A DNA stretch of 52,363 nt, from IMG/VR virus record IMGVR_UViG_3300022177_000001, positions 1-52,363 of that record; one strand, given 5' to 3'. The position numbers and the translations under genes were made by a program. Positions 12,201-19,521 of the stretch are shown here, piece after piece. The stretch's first letter is position 1; every line of letters starts with the position of its first letter. This DNA comes from a virus. Taxonomy: Duplodnaviria; Caudoviricetes. The notes under the pieces were generated by a model. That model saw only the letters and a list, made by a program, of their open reading frames with translations, ran no database searches and was not told where the DNA came from.

Positions 12201-12390
12201 TGACCTCGGATGTCGTCATCCCCGTGGCCTTACCCATGGCCTCGATGTCGGACTTGACCTTGCCGACGCTTTTGCTCACCTTCTGGGCAAAGGCGTCGGC
12301 CGTCCGGTCGTATTGCGACATGGAGTCAACGAACTCCTTGCCGTCCACGACCAGCTTGGTCTCGATGGTTCCGTCCGACTTGATTTGCAT
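3268..12390 (-). CDS. Tail tape measure protein (3040 aa)
   Basis: Tape_meas-type motif ALQQMISKGTVSAEEFRSQFAERIPGA, Ala-rich helical sequence, C-terminal FAEGG...ETGPEA motif. Start moved to MQIKS, which has a GAGGT RBS. Confidence 0.95.
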   Translation of the reverse strand: MQIKSDGTIETKLVVDGKEFVDSMSQYDRTADAFAQKVSKSVGKVKSDIEAMGKATGMTTSEVKALQDQVSKNMAMDAAAKALANFSEKNRLAASATAELAAKLGVADRLFQSFGASAKAGADKALQSVQAAAQAIQRMQSAMVFDPASNFKASGFDSNFDQFFSNIERSLNTTRAAAKNTGVELSRVIDDFYRATQHSGVVQSKDVAGSMFRESANIEAAFRGAGKALDPLITKIAEVPPALGSAAAAAKAFQGSVQSATQRSKADIQVLAGSLGMAEKEFAGFSARAQRGIEVRVKTDALRRLADDAQLSKKEIASLEKQLGVTLNEAGGIGKQFGQAFVNTAMYGGFYQIISLFEQIPVKIYEATAAMDKFRKSYEGVFGARAGETQNYITTQADMMGKGLIETSKSYLKFAASAEYAGVSTEQARKIFEATSKTVTKVGGTTEDVNGTLVALQQMISKGTVSAEEFRSQFAERIPGAMQMGANAVGVTVAEFRKLMEEGQVISKDFIPKLAMEMENFAVGWEKGAQSIDANMERIKNSVTKILSEMGETDAFAAGLKIAGGLFKGIEEGLKSSRVVEQHFENINTGESDAFSGVGMRTLIAEALKKTRIPGLSTFLSAAVADTEGSSAELQRGIDIRAAQVESLKNQANDYFKILVDIQAKQLDFSPSGESADEMAAKIKELEAQIRRLTGQEWHAYVTVNVNTSQVSKAIAYINSEFAKTSMGKAEDAASSYESGLNAQKILASEISDLQGKLGTALDPREYFSTLSAIEEKNALYARGLEVLAEKQEAAAKAQKDVFDNTSAGQALAHAEKEISAANQYNTAAEKRIQVENEYKQAIERYAPLVNDAALSETQRAKAQEALAAAEKARKGRLDDIATAEERAAKAASRSGASAAKAAQQAENFLASLSDQIAMVEAALSGDSVQSKLAQVDKRWNEWERRVGSAKLSAEQAAEAMAQIDRARGLERQSVEAQALAESLRRVADIMGDIADASGSPDLKIKAGLMDLEAWEKQARQAIDQATQDEAQRAELRTALEQGVALKRLEINRDAYEAMSSVSSKYWDAEKALVEEKLAVVKESAEDELAYKIYAAQQWDDYNRRKLEAQANAPRNLGEAIQAVFALDSGSYKSAMGQLQDEWKRTAERMLSLSNDLSEGIAQGLGDALRGLASGDIKSFEDAWKSMLNRLLDSFISFLEDMLAEWLKKNVFGALLGGSSSGGGAGVGDILSALSGGGNNARYNGGYSTHDGRSTLSYGYQGNQYANPSGGWWSRNGTAALGAAAGMATAAGGFASGNTLMGIGGGLMTAGSLLTLVNPVVGGLVAGIGGLVSIFSGMTEQEKKKEAQPVWQGRATAWLGGSMLGYGYTQMDDGSYKISAIDPAELDAARKAFQENVDSMNEAMKALEIDFTKGWERSFSFVGIPVPDELQGAVEFVMRSQAAAYALGDLANAVAMAQDGYESLDAVLIRLGEAFATVKPRVESMGMNLVKMSGITDDQVLQYAAVSKGLSATSDELMAAMERQALGYDDISDATVDVINYFKQFKTQLSNILAAQYSELLVKAAGDEDAFEAAIERFSEGAFTSREQVENALSYYLAEFKNKSEDASSYLPGFDVSWIKGNVDAFWAAYQEAMDSAMPPSAFGWWSEISAYVSGLQEMQRQLEAIEFKEWAFDKGLEHRRLLADDRTKEADALKSLIDAEQELAEARASSMTYAQQLALVETQIYELEAQLRKMLNLDVTGESYDSIATTLENSFKKQAQLMQEQALLAQEAADAYRSAADSIRDVIEDLTQSAESVLDPGAKYKEALNSYKATYNLALTGNRTALSEIGGQAQTMLSALQKSTTDPLEYRRAYYKTLNELNSLADTSDDFADKEDLLKALSEIQAALLSTMQSILAAFGDPDLLLEAEDLLAILQDPTKSLSDYLGNTIDFDATRTKIQTAQVEFLEAVLSSAGTELEGLTETFASYNISGSVATSITAQIRAIQDALANRSTEDAVKAVQAFQAALPGYSLPAATTAALSDQLGAVLVELTGTAAAASLQSLKDLEQAVTDFEEGDIDLAGLTRAFQNAQVQIVDTVTLTALSALDGFEKALAAYTAGDISFAEMYVKFSNLQHGLISDTITNATDVLEKVKTSIEGYVAGEESYAALVVLFEEAQNKIAATGNQAVLRELESLRKDIAAYEADPNTATKAILEFQRVQDLLVSGGALAALEALAVLRDSLDAYDLDAATQSSLVSKISALEQSLVVTSTDAAAKEIETLLAAIGSFGLPASIQAQLIGQLTDLQATLTTQGALAALEELAEVRDSIAAYAIDASMKATLLEHMARIQRELVVTDATAAQKALDEILLAVSKLELDAGTKSALIQEFTAVQDALTYAGTVAAYLASMSLRDALSGYDLSATVRADLTGKLSAMQDALSVTNVAGAVAALTSLQKALADYDLPEDVRAKLETDLSAAQSALSKGNVSGALAAIDKIKSALPGYKLEDDVASSIITQLNKAQYNLVITNAKGARAVLSGILETLKAYAVEQDQVQMWIATLENQQLLLIRQGVKGAREELVALRTAVTDYKLGKTDFAAFQAVIQKSQLGILDGAVKGAMSAIQDILNVGSPVASEALRKLLEEARVKITEKLLGSDLKTIRGASIDTEAQLKAALSKNTLDISQLSSAQASILKAQIDSLYQVSLAVGKPIDISQALLDALQDKIDGTAQQEDWAKLIEAMDTYRDDVVAKIQASITSRQSEARSLQDKIDKQLQVQSDMKEYFKGIQAYLVRQTKVETLTAQISALKDTQSSANNSAMMAMIMGVPMAAISHMQTAQGLSSQIATLEKELALWTGMEIPTSGVSGVTDTGKTAEQVVSTILSRSSAISKLVTDASASGLTTSQKNSLVSTLKDEITRYQSMSTWKVQDASYAMLLDAKLADFYAALKGVETKLGVDIPGFAEGGISWTPQLAYVAETGPEAHVPLKNGKIPVDLTAPWKNSGDGYAELVAEVRDLKRQNTALMKEIRDNTYSTAVHASDTKQTNKRMLKFLETGGVQ
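4670..6500 (-). repeat. Degenerate 43-aa (129-bp) repeat, about 14 copies, in the tape measure protein
   Basis: Aromatic anchors spaced 43 aa apart (AYDLD, SFGLP, AYAID counted exactly; GYDLS, DYDLP, GYKLE follow the pattern). Confidence 0.7.
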
Positions 12391-12492
12391 GGTCCGACCT
12401 CGCTGTTTGCTTGACAGTCGAGGAAGGGTGTTCGCCGGACTTGCCCCTGGGTTCAGATTTCTGGTATCGGGGCGGGAAAAATGGAGGGCATT

Positions 12493-13119
12493 ATGCCGGT
12501 TAAATGCGACGAACACGGCCAGCCGACCACACCTTTTCGTTTTCAAGGCCGATCCCAACGAACCGTCGATGAACTCATTGGAATCTGCAAAGGCGTGGTG
12601 GCTGACGGCGTTTTCTGTGAAAAGGAAGCCGCGTTTCTCGTTACCTGGATGAACGAAAACGCTTATACGGCAAGCGAAAAATGGCCGGTCAACGTGTTAC
12701 TTGAGCGTTTGGACAGGGCGCTTCGGGATAACGTGATTGATCCCGGAGAACGGACTGAATTGTTTGAGGTCTTGTCAGGGATTGTCGGCGGCGTTCCCGC
12801 TGCGGACAGGGTGGCGAGTTTTTCCGCAACACTGAACCTGGACGCTCCCCATCCGGTTATCTTCTCGGAAATGTCATTTTGCTTTACCGGCCAGTTCGCC
12901 TGCGGAACCAGAAAAGACTGCGAACGGGCCGTTCTTGAGCGTGGTGGAACGGTAGTCCCGGCAATCCGGAGCGGCCTTGACTACCTTGTTGTCGGCCTTG
13001 TGGGTAGTCGGGACTGGGCACATTCGACCTTTGGAAGGAAGATGGAAAAGGCATTCGAGTACAGGGAAAAATTTGACATCATGATAATTGGGGAAGACCA
13101 CTGGGCGAAGTATCTTTAA
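12493..13119 (+). CDS. BRCT domain-containing moron protein with N-terminal helical domain
   Basis: FCFTG.F...R......GG.......LDYLVVG...W.....GRK.EKA...II.E.HW is a BRCT signature. GGAGG RBS. Opposite strand to the tail operon. Confidence 0.85.
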   Translation: MPVKCDEHGQPTTPFRFQGRSQRTVDELIGICKGVVADGVFCEKEAAFLVTWMNENAYTASEKWPVNVLLERLDRALRDNVIDPGERTELFEVLSGIVGGVPAADRVASFSATLNLDAPHPVIFSEMSFCFTGQFACGTRKDCERAVLERGGTVVPAIRSGLDYLVVGLVGSRDWAHSTFGRKMEKAFEYREKFDIMIIGEDHWAKYL

Positions 13120-13134
13120 GAATTGGGGTGGGCA

Positions 13135-13479
13135 ATGAAAAGGCTACTTGTTATATTTATTATGTTGATGTCTTTTTTTACTTCAAACTCAAACGCGGAA
13201 TCCGTAAACTATGATGATCTAAAGGCGCAAATAATGTCGTGCCTTGAAGATATACTTGTTGACCCCGACTCGGCAAAAATTAAATTCGGCCCATACGTGC
13301 AAAGAAAAGAACTGTTTTGTGTTAAAATTAACGCAAAAAATAGAATGGGTGGATACGGCGGATATAAAACAGGATACTTCTTTTTTAAAAACGGAAAACT
13401 TTCAATGTGCAACAATAGTTCTCTTGACCAAAGACTTGGCACATTTATTTTTGATTGCACGGGCGCTACATACGAGTAA
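13135..13479 (+). CDS. Exported moron protein (DPDSA...NAKN.MGGY.G family)
   Basis: N-terminal signal peptide, low GC, conserved-looking motif. Confidence 0.75.
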   Translation: MKRLLVIFIMLMSFFTSNSNAESVNYDDLKAQIMSCLEDILVDPDSAKIKFGPYVQRKELFCVKINAKNRMGGYGGYKTGYFFFKNGKLSMCNNSSLDQRLGTFIFDCTGATYE

Positions 13480-13509
13480 CGCAGCCATGGCAGGTTGCTG
13501 GCCAACACC

Positions 13510-13544
13510 AGCCCCGTGGACTTCTCGCGGGGCTTTCTTTTTTC
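13510..13544 (+). terminator. Rho-independent terminator
   Basis: AGCCCCGTG...CGCGGGGCT hairpin followed by TTCTTTTTT. Confidence 0.8.
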
Positions 13545-13624
13545 TTGACTTCCCGTTTGCGGGCCAAAATTTGGGGTTGACAACCAAGACAACACAGCCT
13601 ACCTATTTAGGCAGGAGGTAGCCC

Positions 13625-13768
13625 GTGGAAACAACAATTCTGAATGTACGCAAATTCCCGGTGGATATTCACCGGGAGGCGAAGGCCGCAGCGGCGAAGG
13701 AGGGGATAACTCTTCGTGAATGGTTCGTGAAAGCCGTCAAGGAGAAACTGGACCGAAGTAAGCCGTAA
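13625..13768 (+). CDS. Arc-like ribbon-helix-helix repressor (47 aa, absent from ORF track)
   Basis: AGGAGG RBS, GTG start, METTILNVRKFPVDIHREAKAAAAKEGITLREWFVKAVKEKLDRSKP; TTGACA at 13577. Confidence 0.8.
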   Translation: METTILNVRKFPVDIHREAKAAAAKEGITLREWFVKAVKEKLDRSKP

Positions 13769-13844
13769 ACACGCGGCCCCGGCCGGAAGTTCGCACCTTC
13801 CAACCAGGGCCTAACCACAACCGAAACCCACGGAGGTTTCCGCC

Positions 13845-14852
13845 ATGGCTGAAGCCATTGTAACCGATCCCACCGTCACGGGCAACGCGCCCGCCCTGCC
13901 CCCGTTCGTTTTCGAGGGGCACAACATCAGGACCGTCAAAGACGACTTCTTCCCCTGGTTCGTCGCCAAGGACGTTTGCGCCGCGCTTGGACTTGTCTGG
14001 AACAGCCGCACGCTTGGCAGCATCCCAAAGGACTGGATTGGGATGGCGAAGCTCGCCACCCCAAAAGTTTGGGATGAGAAAACTTCTCCCCCCAAAAGAG
14101 GTGGCCTGCGCGGGGATATAACCATCATCTCCGAACCCGCCGTCTATAAGCTGGCCTTCCGCTCAAACAAGCCCGAGGCCGACCGCTTCACGAACTGGAT
14201 TGCCTCGGAGGTCATCCCGGCGATCCGTAGGACCGGGCAGTATCAAGTGGCCCAGGCCCCTGCGCCTTCCGATCCCCCGCGCCTGACCACGGCCAAGGAG
14301 CGCAACGCGCTTACCGGGCTGGTCAATCGCTATGTCGGGCTTCTGCCCGGCGGCCCAAACCAGGAAGCCTACAAGGCCGCGTGGCGCAAGCTGCATGACG
14401 TGCTCGGCATCAAGGCCGTGGAGGAACTGACCGTGGAGCAGCTTCCCCGCGCCGTGCTGTTCGTGCAAACCCTTATTGAAGGCGTGGCCGTGAGCGCGAT
14501 TCCGCCCAAAATGCCCCTCAAGGCCCTGCCCACGAACCGGGCAAAGGTCATCGACCTGAACCATCTGGAGATTGAGTCCAGGGTTTCGGTCCTGCGTAGC
14601 ACGGCCGACCGCTTGGCCTTTCAGGTGACGGACCTCGCGGAAGGACTCATGGCCCCGTTCAACACCGTGGCCCGGGACGCCAAAAACTATGACCATGACC
14701 TTGCGAACATGATGAACGCGATCAACTTCGGCGTGCAATCCATGAGCATCGCCATGAACGGTTGCGTCCGGGGCGCTCGGAACCTTGCCGACTTCGCGTA
14801 CAGCGCCATGAGCGCCTTTCGCAAGCTCGACGCCGGGTTGCCCCCAAAGTAG
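13845..14852 (+). CDS. BRO-N domain phage antirepressor
   Basis: F.FEG..IR......PWFVAKDVC..LG and ISEPAVYKLAFRSNKPEA..F..WI..EVIPAIRRTG.Y. Confidence 0.9.
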   Translation: MAEAIVTDPTVTGNAPALPPFVFEGHNIRTVKDDFFPWFVAKDVCAALGLVWNSRTLGSIPKDWIGMAKLATPKVWDEKTSPPKRGGLRGDITIISEPAVYKLAFRSNKPEADRFTNWIASEVIPAIRRTGQYQVAQAPAPSDPPRLTTAKERNALTGLVNRYVGLLPGGPNQEAYKAAWRKLHDVLGIKAVEELTVEQLPRAVLFVQTLIEGVAVSAIPPKMPLKALPTNRAKVIDLNHLEIESRVSVLRSTADRLAFQVTDLAEGLMAPFNTVARDAKNYDHDLANMMNAINFGVQSMSIAMNGCVRGARNLADFAYSAMSAFRKLDAGLPPK

Positions 14853-14869
14853 ATCGCAAAGAAATATGT

Positions 14870-14899
14870 GGGGGTCGGGCCATACCCGGCCCCCCTTTC
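14870..14899 (+). terminator. Probable terminator between convergent genes
   Basis: GGGGTCGGG...CCCGGCCCC hairpin followed by TTT. Confidence 0.55.
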
Positions 14900-14968
14900 A
14901 GCGAACACACTTCCTCGATTGTCAATGACCGCCCGGCACTTCCGGGGGTTGAGGCCAAGGCCAGGAGG

Positions 14969-15322
14969 CTATCCGTCCTGGCCCTGATCCTCTTTTTCTT
15001 TTCGCAGCGCTTCCCATCTCGCCAGCATGTGTCCGGCCACTTTAATGACCTTCTCAAAACACCCCACAGGGTCATCGACGCCGTAAAGGTCTATGGCCTT
15101 GTGAACGGCAAGATGGTTGATATCGATTGGGCCGCCCATGCCTGAAAGAATCAGTTGCTTGTGACACAGCATGTATATTGCGACCGCTTCAGCATTCTGC
15201 GGCATGCACGGGGGACGGCACTCGCTGCACTTTTCGTCCGTCCACCGTGGGCCTCGCAACTCCTTGCACACGTCGCACGGCGGTGCTTCAAAAACCCGCT
15301 CGACGTGCTCTAGGAGTTTTTT
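14969..15322 (-). CDS. Tail assembly chaperone, -1 frameshifted extension (gpT-like)
   Basis: Open in the -1 frame relative to 15310..15732 from the slippery site onward; lies before the tape measure gene. Confidence 0.75.
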   Translation of the reverse strand, partial: KKLLEHVERVFEAPPCDVCKELRGPRWTDEKCSECRPPCMPQNAEAVAIYMLCHKQLILSGMGGPIDINHLAVHKAIDLYGVDDPVGCFEKVIKVAGHMLARWEALRKEKEDQGQDG

Positions 15323-15732
15323 TCAACTTCCACGGCCACGGCCGCTTCGTCGACGCGAAGCGTGTCCAGGCTCTTGGTCACGAACTGCGCGAACTCCGGA
15401 GAGCCGCGCATGAGCGTGACTTTCATGTCCGTGGTGCAGGGGATCGGCTCGCCGGTCTTGGCGTCGGGGATATTCCAGTCGGCGATGTTGTAGTCGGTCA
15501 CTTCCCGGAACGCGCCATCGGCATCCACCTCGACGAACTCGATGCGCTCGTTTCGTCTGGTCTGCGGGTTGACGCGGTACTCGACCTTTTTCTTGCTCCA
15601 CTTCTTGTTGATGTCGTCGGCGGCCCCTCCGTTGAGCGCGCGCAACTCGACCCACCCGCTCTCGCGGTTGTCGTCGTCGAAGTAGAAGCGGACGGCCGGA
15701 TTCAGGTCTTCCAGTGCGATTGCGATCTTCAT
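15310..15732 (-). CDS. Tail assembly chaperone (gpG-like)
   Basis: Follows the tail tube gene; ends GAA AAA AAC TCC TAG with an A-AAA-AAC slippery heptamer. Confidence 0.85.
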   Translation of the reverse strand: MKIAIALEDLNPAVRFYFDDDNRESGWVELRALNGGAADDINKKWSKKKVEYRVNPQTRRNERIEFVEVDADGAFREVTDYNIADWNIPDAKTGEPIPCTTDMKVTLMRGSPEFAQFVTKSLDTLRVDEAAVAVEVEKNS

Positions 15733-15839
15733 GGAAATGTCTCCCGTTGCCCGGTGGTTAAAACCAGGGCTGGAGAGAGGCCGGGGATTCCTCTCGACTC
15801 CGCGCGCGCGGCCAGCCCTGGAAATGCCGAGGAGCTGGC

Positions 15840-16292
15840 CTACACGAGCACCATGACGCCGCTGACCTTGCCGCTGAAGCTGACGGAATCCAGGCCGCCC
15901 TTGTCCTTCTGAATCTGGTAGGACGTGATGGTGACCGAGCTTTTGCAGGTCGGCGCGCCCGTGGTCAGGGTCGGCGAGAAGTAGCCGGTGGTCTGGCAGG
16001 GCTCGAAGTAGGACGTGCTGTCAATGTAGAAACGAAGGTCCTCGAGGTGCGAGTTGTAAAGGTTCGCCTCGTAAACCTTGGCCTGGCCGGTGGAGTCGTC
16101 CGGGTCGAAGTGCCCGTTGAAGGAGACGTCGCCGCCGTCCTTCATCCCGAACTCGTACTGCTTCCATTCGTCGCCCAGGGCGGACGCGTCGATCTGGTCG
16201 GCCTGGATGCCGTTGATGCTCCAGGTTCCTATCCCGACGACGGTGCTTGCCCCGACGGTGACTTTGCCGCGCTTTCCGATACGTTTGGACAT
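15840..16292 (-). CDS. Major tail tube protein
   Basis: W......D..D.SALGD.WK.Y..G.KDGG.VSF pattern; position in operon. Confidence 0.8.
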   Translation of the reverse strand: MSKRIGKRGKVTVGASTVVGIGTWSINGIQADQIDASALGDEWKQYEFGMKDGGDVSFNGHFDPDDSTGQAKVYEANLYNSHLEDLRFYIDSTSYFEPCQTTGYFSPTLTTGAPTCKSSVTITSYQIQKDKGGLDSVSFSGKVSGVMVLV

Positions 16293-16488
16293 GGCTGGTC
16301 CCTCATTTCGAGGGCCGAGCCACTATGTGGTGGGTGGGCCGCTGCTGGTTGGCTAGTGGGCGGGCGACTTGTCGCCGGACCGGACCTGTCTACTCGCCTC
16401 CCGGATGAGCCCCGAGAGGTGCCGCCAAATCCCTGGGGATCGTCGGCGCAAAAGCTCCAGGTCTTCTACTACGCTCTCGACCTGATGC

Positions 16489-17760
16489 TTATTGTCTTTT
16501 GCCTGCATCGTCAACCCCGCAATTGAACTTCTGGAAAAGTTTTGCTATTCCAGTATTTACGCGGAATGTCGTGAGATGATCCACCTCGATACCAGTATCG
16601 ACATGCACGGGGATGCCGCGATTCCTCGCCTTGACGCAGAAATTGAAATCTTCTCCAACAGTCCGGCCATTGAATGTCGTGAATTCGAACCACGGATATG
16701 GCACGTCGAGAAACACGTTCATGTCAAAAAGCACACACCCAGTCCCGGTGGCGTCAACCTCGACAAGCTCGCCGCTATAGGCTTCCTCTTTTGGAACTGG
16801 CGTGAACGCCCCCAACTCCCCGCGCATCATGATCCGCTCAAACGGTGGATATCTACGATGCACAGCCACCCCGACAATAGGCTTGTCATGAGACAGAAGC
16901 CGCGAAAGGGTGTCGCATGGGTAAACTTGGTCCGTATCGGCCATGAGAAGATGGCTGCATCCGTGCTCAAGGGCCTGTTCCACGATGTCGTTGCGCACAC
17001 TGGCGATGGAGTCATGGAACTTCCCAGCCGGGAACCTGGGCACCAACAGCGTCCAGTCGTCGGGCTTGTCCATGGCCAACATGGAGATGGCGAACTGCGC
17101 CGGGACATCCTTGTCAACGAGCGGGAACGCAATGGCCAGCTTAAACCCGTTACGGGCAATTTTGCGCCTCAAGTAAAGGCGCTTGTCGGCCTCGAAAACT
17201 TCTTTGGCGTAGGCCCGCTTGTAGTGTTCGTCGTACTCTTCCCTAGTCCGGTGTGGGTGGTCGTGAACGATAACGGCCTTTTCGGCGTAGACGTATCGGC
17301 CAAGGCTTTGCGCGATGTCGGTCAACTCCCGGTCGCAAAAGCAATGGCTGTATCCGGTATGGAAGAACTCGCCTCCGGTGTGCTCCAGGAGCTTTTTGTG
17401 AGCCAGCCAGTGCGTTGCCAGTCGGCCGTTGTGGATGCCGTCATTGAGCGCCACGAGACCCCAACCGTCCGGCAAAGCCTCCATGGCCGCGAGGGCTTCG
17501 CGGAGAAACCCGGGCTGCGGAATCGTGTCATCACCCAGGAACATGACCATTTCGCCCTGGGCCATGGCCGTGAGTTTTGCGACCATTCTGGGACATCCGA
17601 TGTGGTCGGCGTCTTGCTCGGCCAGGATTTCGAGGGTGTTCCCCCAGAATGGATAGTCCGCGTCCCCATAAAGTTCTTCCGAAGCCAATCTTTGGATAGC
17701 CTCGACGCACCGCATAGCCTTCTCCGGCCGCACAACGGGGATGATGATGCTTACGCGCAT
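16489..17760 (-). CDS. Glycosyltransferase with two GT-A (GT2-like) domains
   Basis: VSIIIP start motif, FLGDD and MADTD DxD-like motifs, G.GC.L and GED..FC motifs. Confidence 0.9.
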   Translation of the reverse strand: MRVSIIIPVVRPEKAMRCVEAIQRLASEELYGDADYPFWGNTLEILAEQDADHIGCPRMVAKLTAMAQGEMVMFLGDDTIPQPGFLREALAAMEALPDGWGLVALNDGIHNGRLATHWLAHKKLLEHTGGEFFHTGYSHCFCDRELTDIAQSLGRYVYAEKAVIVHDHPHRTREEYDEHYKRAYAKEVFEADKRLYLRRKIARNGFKLAIAFPLVDKDVPAQFAISMLAMDKPDDWTLLVPRFPAGKFHDSIASVRNDIVEQALEHGCSHLLMADTDQVYPCDTLSRLLSHDKPIVGVAVHRRYPPFERIMMRGELGAFTPVPKEEAYSGELVEVDATGTGCVLFDMNVFLDVPYPWFEFTTFNGRTVGEDFNFCVKARNRGIPVHVDTGIEVDHLTTFRVNTGIAKLFQKFNCGVDDAGKRQ

Positions 17761-18293
17761 TTGACCCCCCAGAAGTACAGGTCCATACCGTCGGGCGTGG
17801 CCTGAAACTCGTGCTGGTCGAAGATAGTGTCCACGTCCACATGCTTGCGGATATCCTTCACCGAAAGACCCTTGTAGTGGTCGGCCATGGGCTGGATTTG
17901 CGATGTCCCGGACTCGTGCGGGGCCGCCCGTGGCGTCCCGTGCTCGGGACGTTTCGGCCCGGCGCAGGTGATGATGCACAGGCCGCCAGGGGCCAAAAGC
18001 TCCACCATCTTGGCCAGGGTTTGGGGCCAAAACACGTCATGCTCCAGGGACTCGCAGGAAATCACGGTGTCAAATGATCCTGGCCGCATGGGCAACTCGT
18101 GGGCCACGGAAACCACGTCCACGCACGGCCCGGGGATTACATCCACCCCCGTGTAGGCGCAGTGCTCGAAATGCACCCTGGCTGTGCCGTTGACGTTCAA
18201 AGACCCGATCTCCAGGACGTGCGCGCCCCGAAAGTTGTCCGGGAAAAGATCTTTTACCCCGGCCACGAAGGCGTCTTGCTCAATGTGCGCCAT
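17751..18293 (-). CDS. Class I SAM-dependent methyltransferase
   Basis: VLEIGS, YTGVD, FDTVISCESLEH and L.PGG motifs. Confidence 0.9.
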   Translation of the reverse strand: MAHIEQDAFVAGVKDLFPDNFRGAHVLEIGSLNVNGTARVHFEHCAYTGVDVIPGPCVDVVSVAHELPMRPGSFDTVISCESLEHDVFWPQTLAKMVELLAPGGLCIITCAGPKRPEHGTPRAAPHESGTSQIQPMADHYKGLSVKDIRKHVDVDTIFDQHEFQATPDGMDLYFWGVKCA

Positions 18294-18309
18294 GTCTCCT
18301 TCTCCCCGG

Positions 18310-18717
18310 TTAAGGATTCTTCTCAACCCAGCCGATAAATTCCACGCTCACTTGCCATTCCCCGCCGTCTTCTGCGGGCTCAAAAGGGCCGTAGGTTGCG
18401 CCTTCAAGTAGCGTGGCATCCTTGATGCCCGTGGCGGAAATCGCCTTGTCCTTGTAGAGCGTCCGGAACTTCTCCAGAATGCCCGTCACGGCCCCGGCCG
18501 TGGCCCCGAACACGTTCACCTGAAACATGATCTTGTGGATGTCCTCGGTGAAGGTGTCCTTGTTGGTGTTGTAGACGGTGAAAAACACCGCGTACGGCAC
18601 GGCCGCCGCCTGCGGGGCCTTGCGCAAATGCAGCCCCCCGGTCAGGGCGGCCCGTAAGGTCGCACCGGTCGTGGAGTTGTAGCGGGCGAAAAACGCCTTG
18701 AGCGCGGCATCAAGCAT
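18310..18717 (-). CDS. Tail completion/terminator protein
   Basis: AP....PY.V motif; follows the gp10-like gene. Confidence 0.7.
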   Translation of the reverse strand: MLDAALKAFFARYNSTTGATLRAALTGGLHLRKAPQAAAVPYAVFFTVYNTNKDTFTEDIHKIMFQVNVFGATAGAVTGILEKFRTLYKDKAISATGIKDATLLEGATYGPFEPAEDGGEWQVSVEFIGWVEKNP

Positions 18718-19195
18718 CGTCCGCAACCTCCGCAAGCATGCCCCCGGCGCTCCCGGCCGAACCAAGGGCCATGATCTCGGCCGCCAAAATTCCGGCCAAA
18801 TCAATGGTTTCCATTGCCGGGCGCAGAAACGGAGACGGGGAAAAATTCTCTGCTTTCGGCGCGCCAAGCTCCATGAATCTGGCGTAAAAGGCGTCGTGAC
18901 TCCCGGCCGTGACCCACCCGACGCAGGCGCTTTTGTCGCGCCGCCACCTGACGCGGCTGGTGATCGAAAGTTTCATTCTCCCGGGGTCGCGCGAGGTCCA
19001 GGACGCCCCGGCATACGGCCCGGTCTTGTAAACCGGTCTGGACACGGTTCCGACGGGCGCAAGCTGCGTTGCCGTCTCCTCCGCTTTGGCCGTCCCTCGT
19101 TCCACGGCGCGCTGCACGGCCGGTTGTATCCGGTCCCACATCCCGGCCAGCCCGAGAGAACCTGTCACGGTTCCTGCGCCGATCTGGATGCTCAT
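18710..19195 (-). CDS. HK97 gp10 family neck protein
   Basis: APV, FYARFMELG and PFLRPA motifs. Confidence 0.85.
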   Translation of the reverse strand: MSIQIGAGTVTGSLGLAGMWDRIQPAVQRAVERGTAKAEETATQLAPVGTVSRPVYKTGPYAGASWTSRDPGRMKLSITSRVRWRRDKSACVGWVTAGSHDAFYARFMELGAPKAENFSPSPFLRPAMETIDLAGILAAEIMALGSAGSAGGMLAEVADDA

Positions 19196-19521
19196 TGGAC
19201 GATCTCCCGGCAAAGCAGGTAGGTTTCCGTCCCGGCCTCATTGACGTTCTTGGGCGGTGCAACGATTTCCAGCGTCCGGCACTGGTAAACGACACGCATG
19301 GACGGCTTGAGGTCCGACCACCAGGAGCGCAAATAGACCTCGTGGGTCATCGTGGCCTGCGTGCGGGCGTTCTCCCGGGCCTCCTTGCCAGCCAAGGGCC
19401 TGATCTTGGCCCACACAGAGCGCAGGGCGGCCCACGCCTCCACGGTCGCGCCCATATCGTCCTGTGAGGTCGTCAGGGCATGAATGGTGACCCGGTGGGG
19501 GTAGTTGCCCGCGCCGCGCAT
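19192..19521 (-). CDS. Head closure protein (SPP1 gp16-like)
   Basis: RVTI.....D..G.....W......WA.I.P..G.E motif. Confidence 0.9.
   Translation of the reverse strand: MRGAGNYPHRVTIHALTTSQDDMGATVEAWAALRSVWAKIRPLAGKEARENARTQATMTHEVYLRSWWSDLKPSMRVVYQCRTLEIVAPPKNVNEAGTETYLLCREIVQ

Noticed and set aside
15763-15822. CCAGGGCTGG...CCAGCCCTGG inverted repeat as an ncRNA
   Set aside because: More simply an attenuating hairpin after the tail tube gene; no family features seen.
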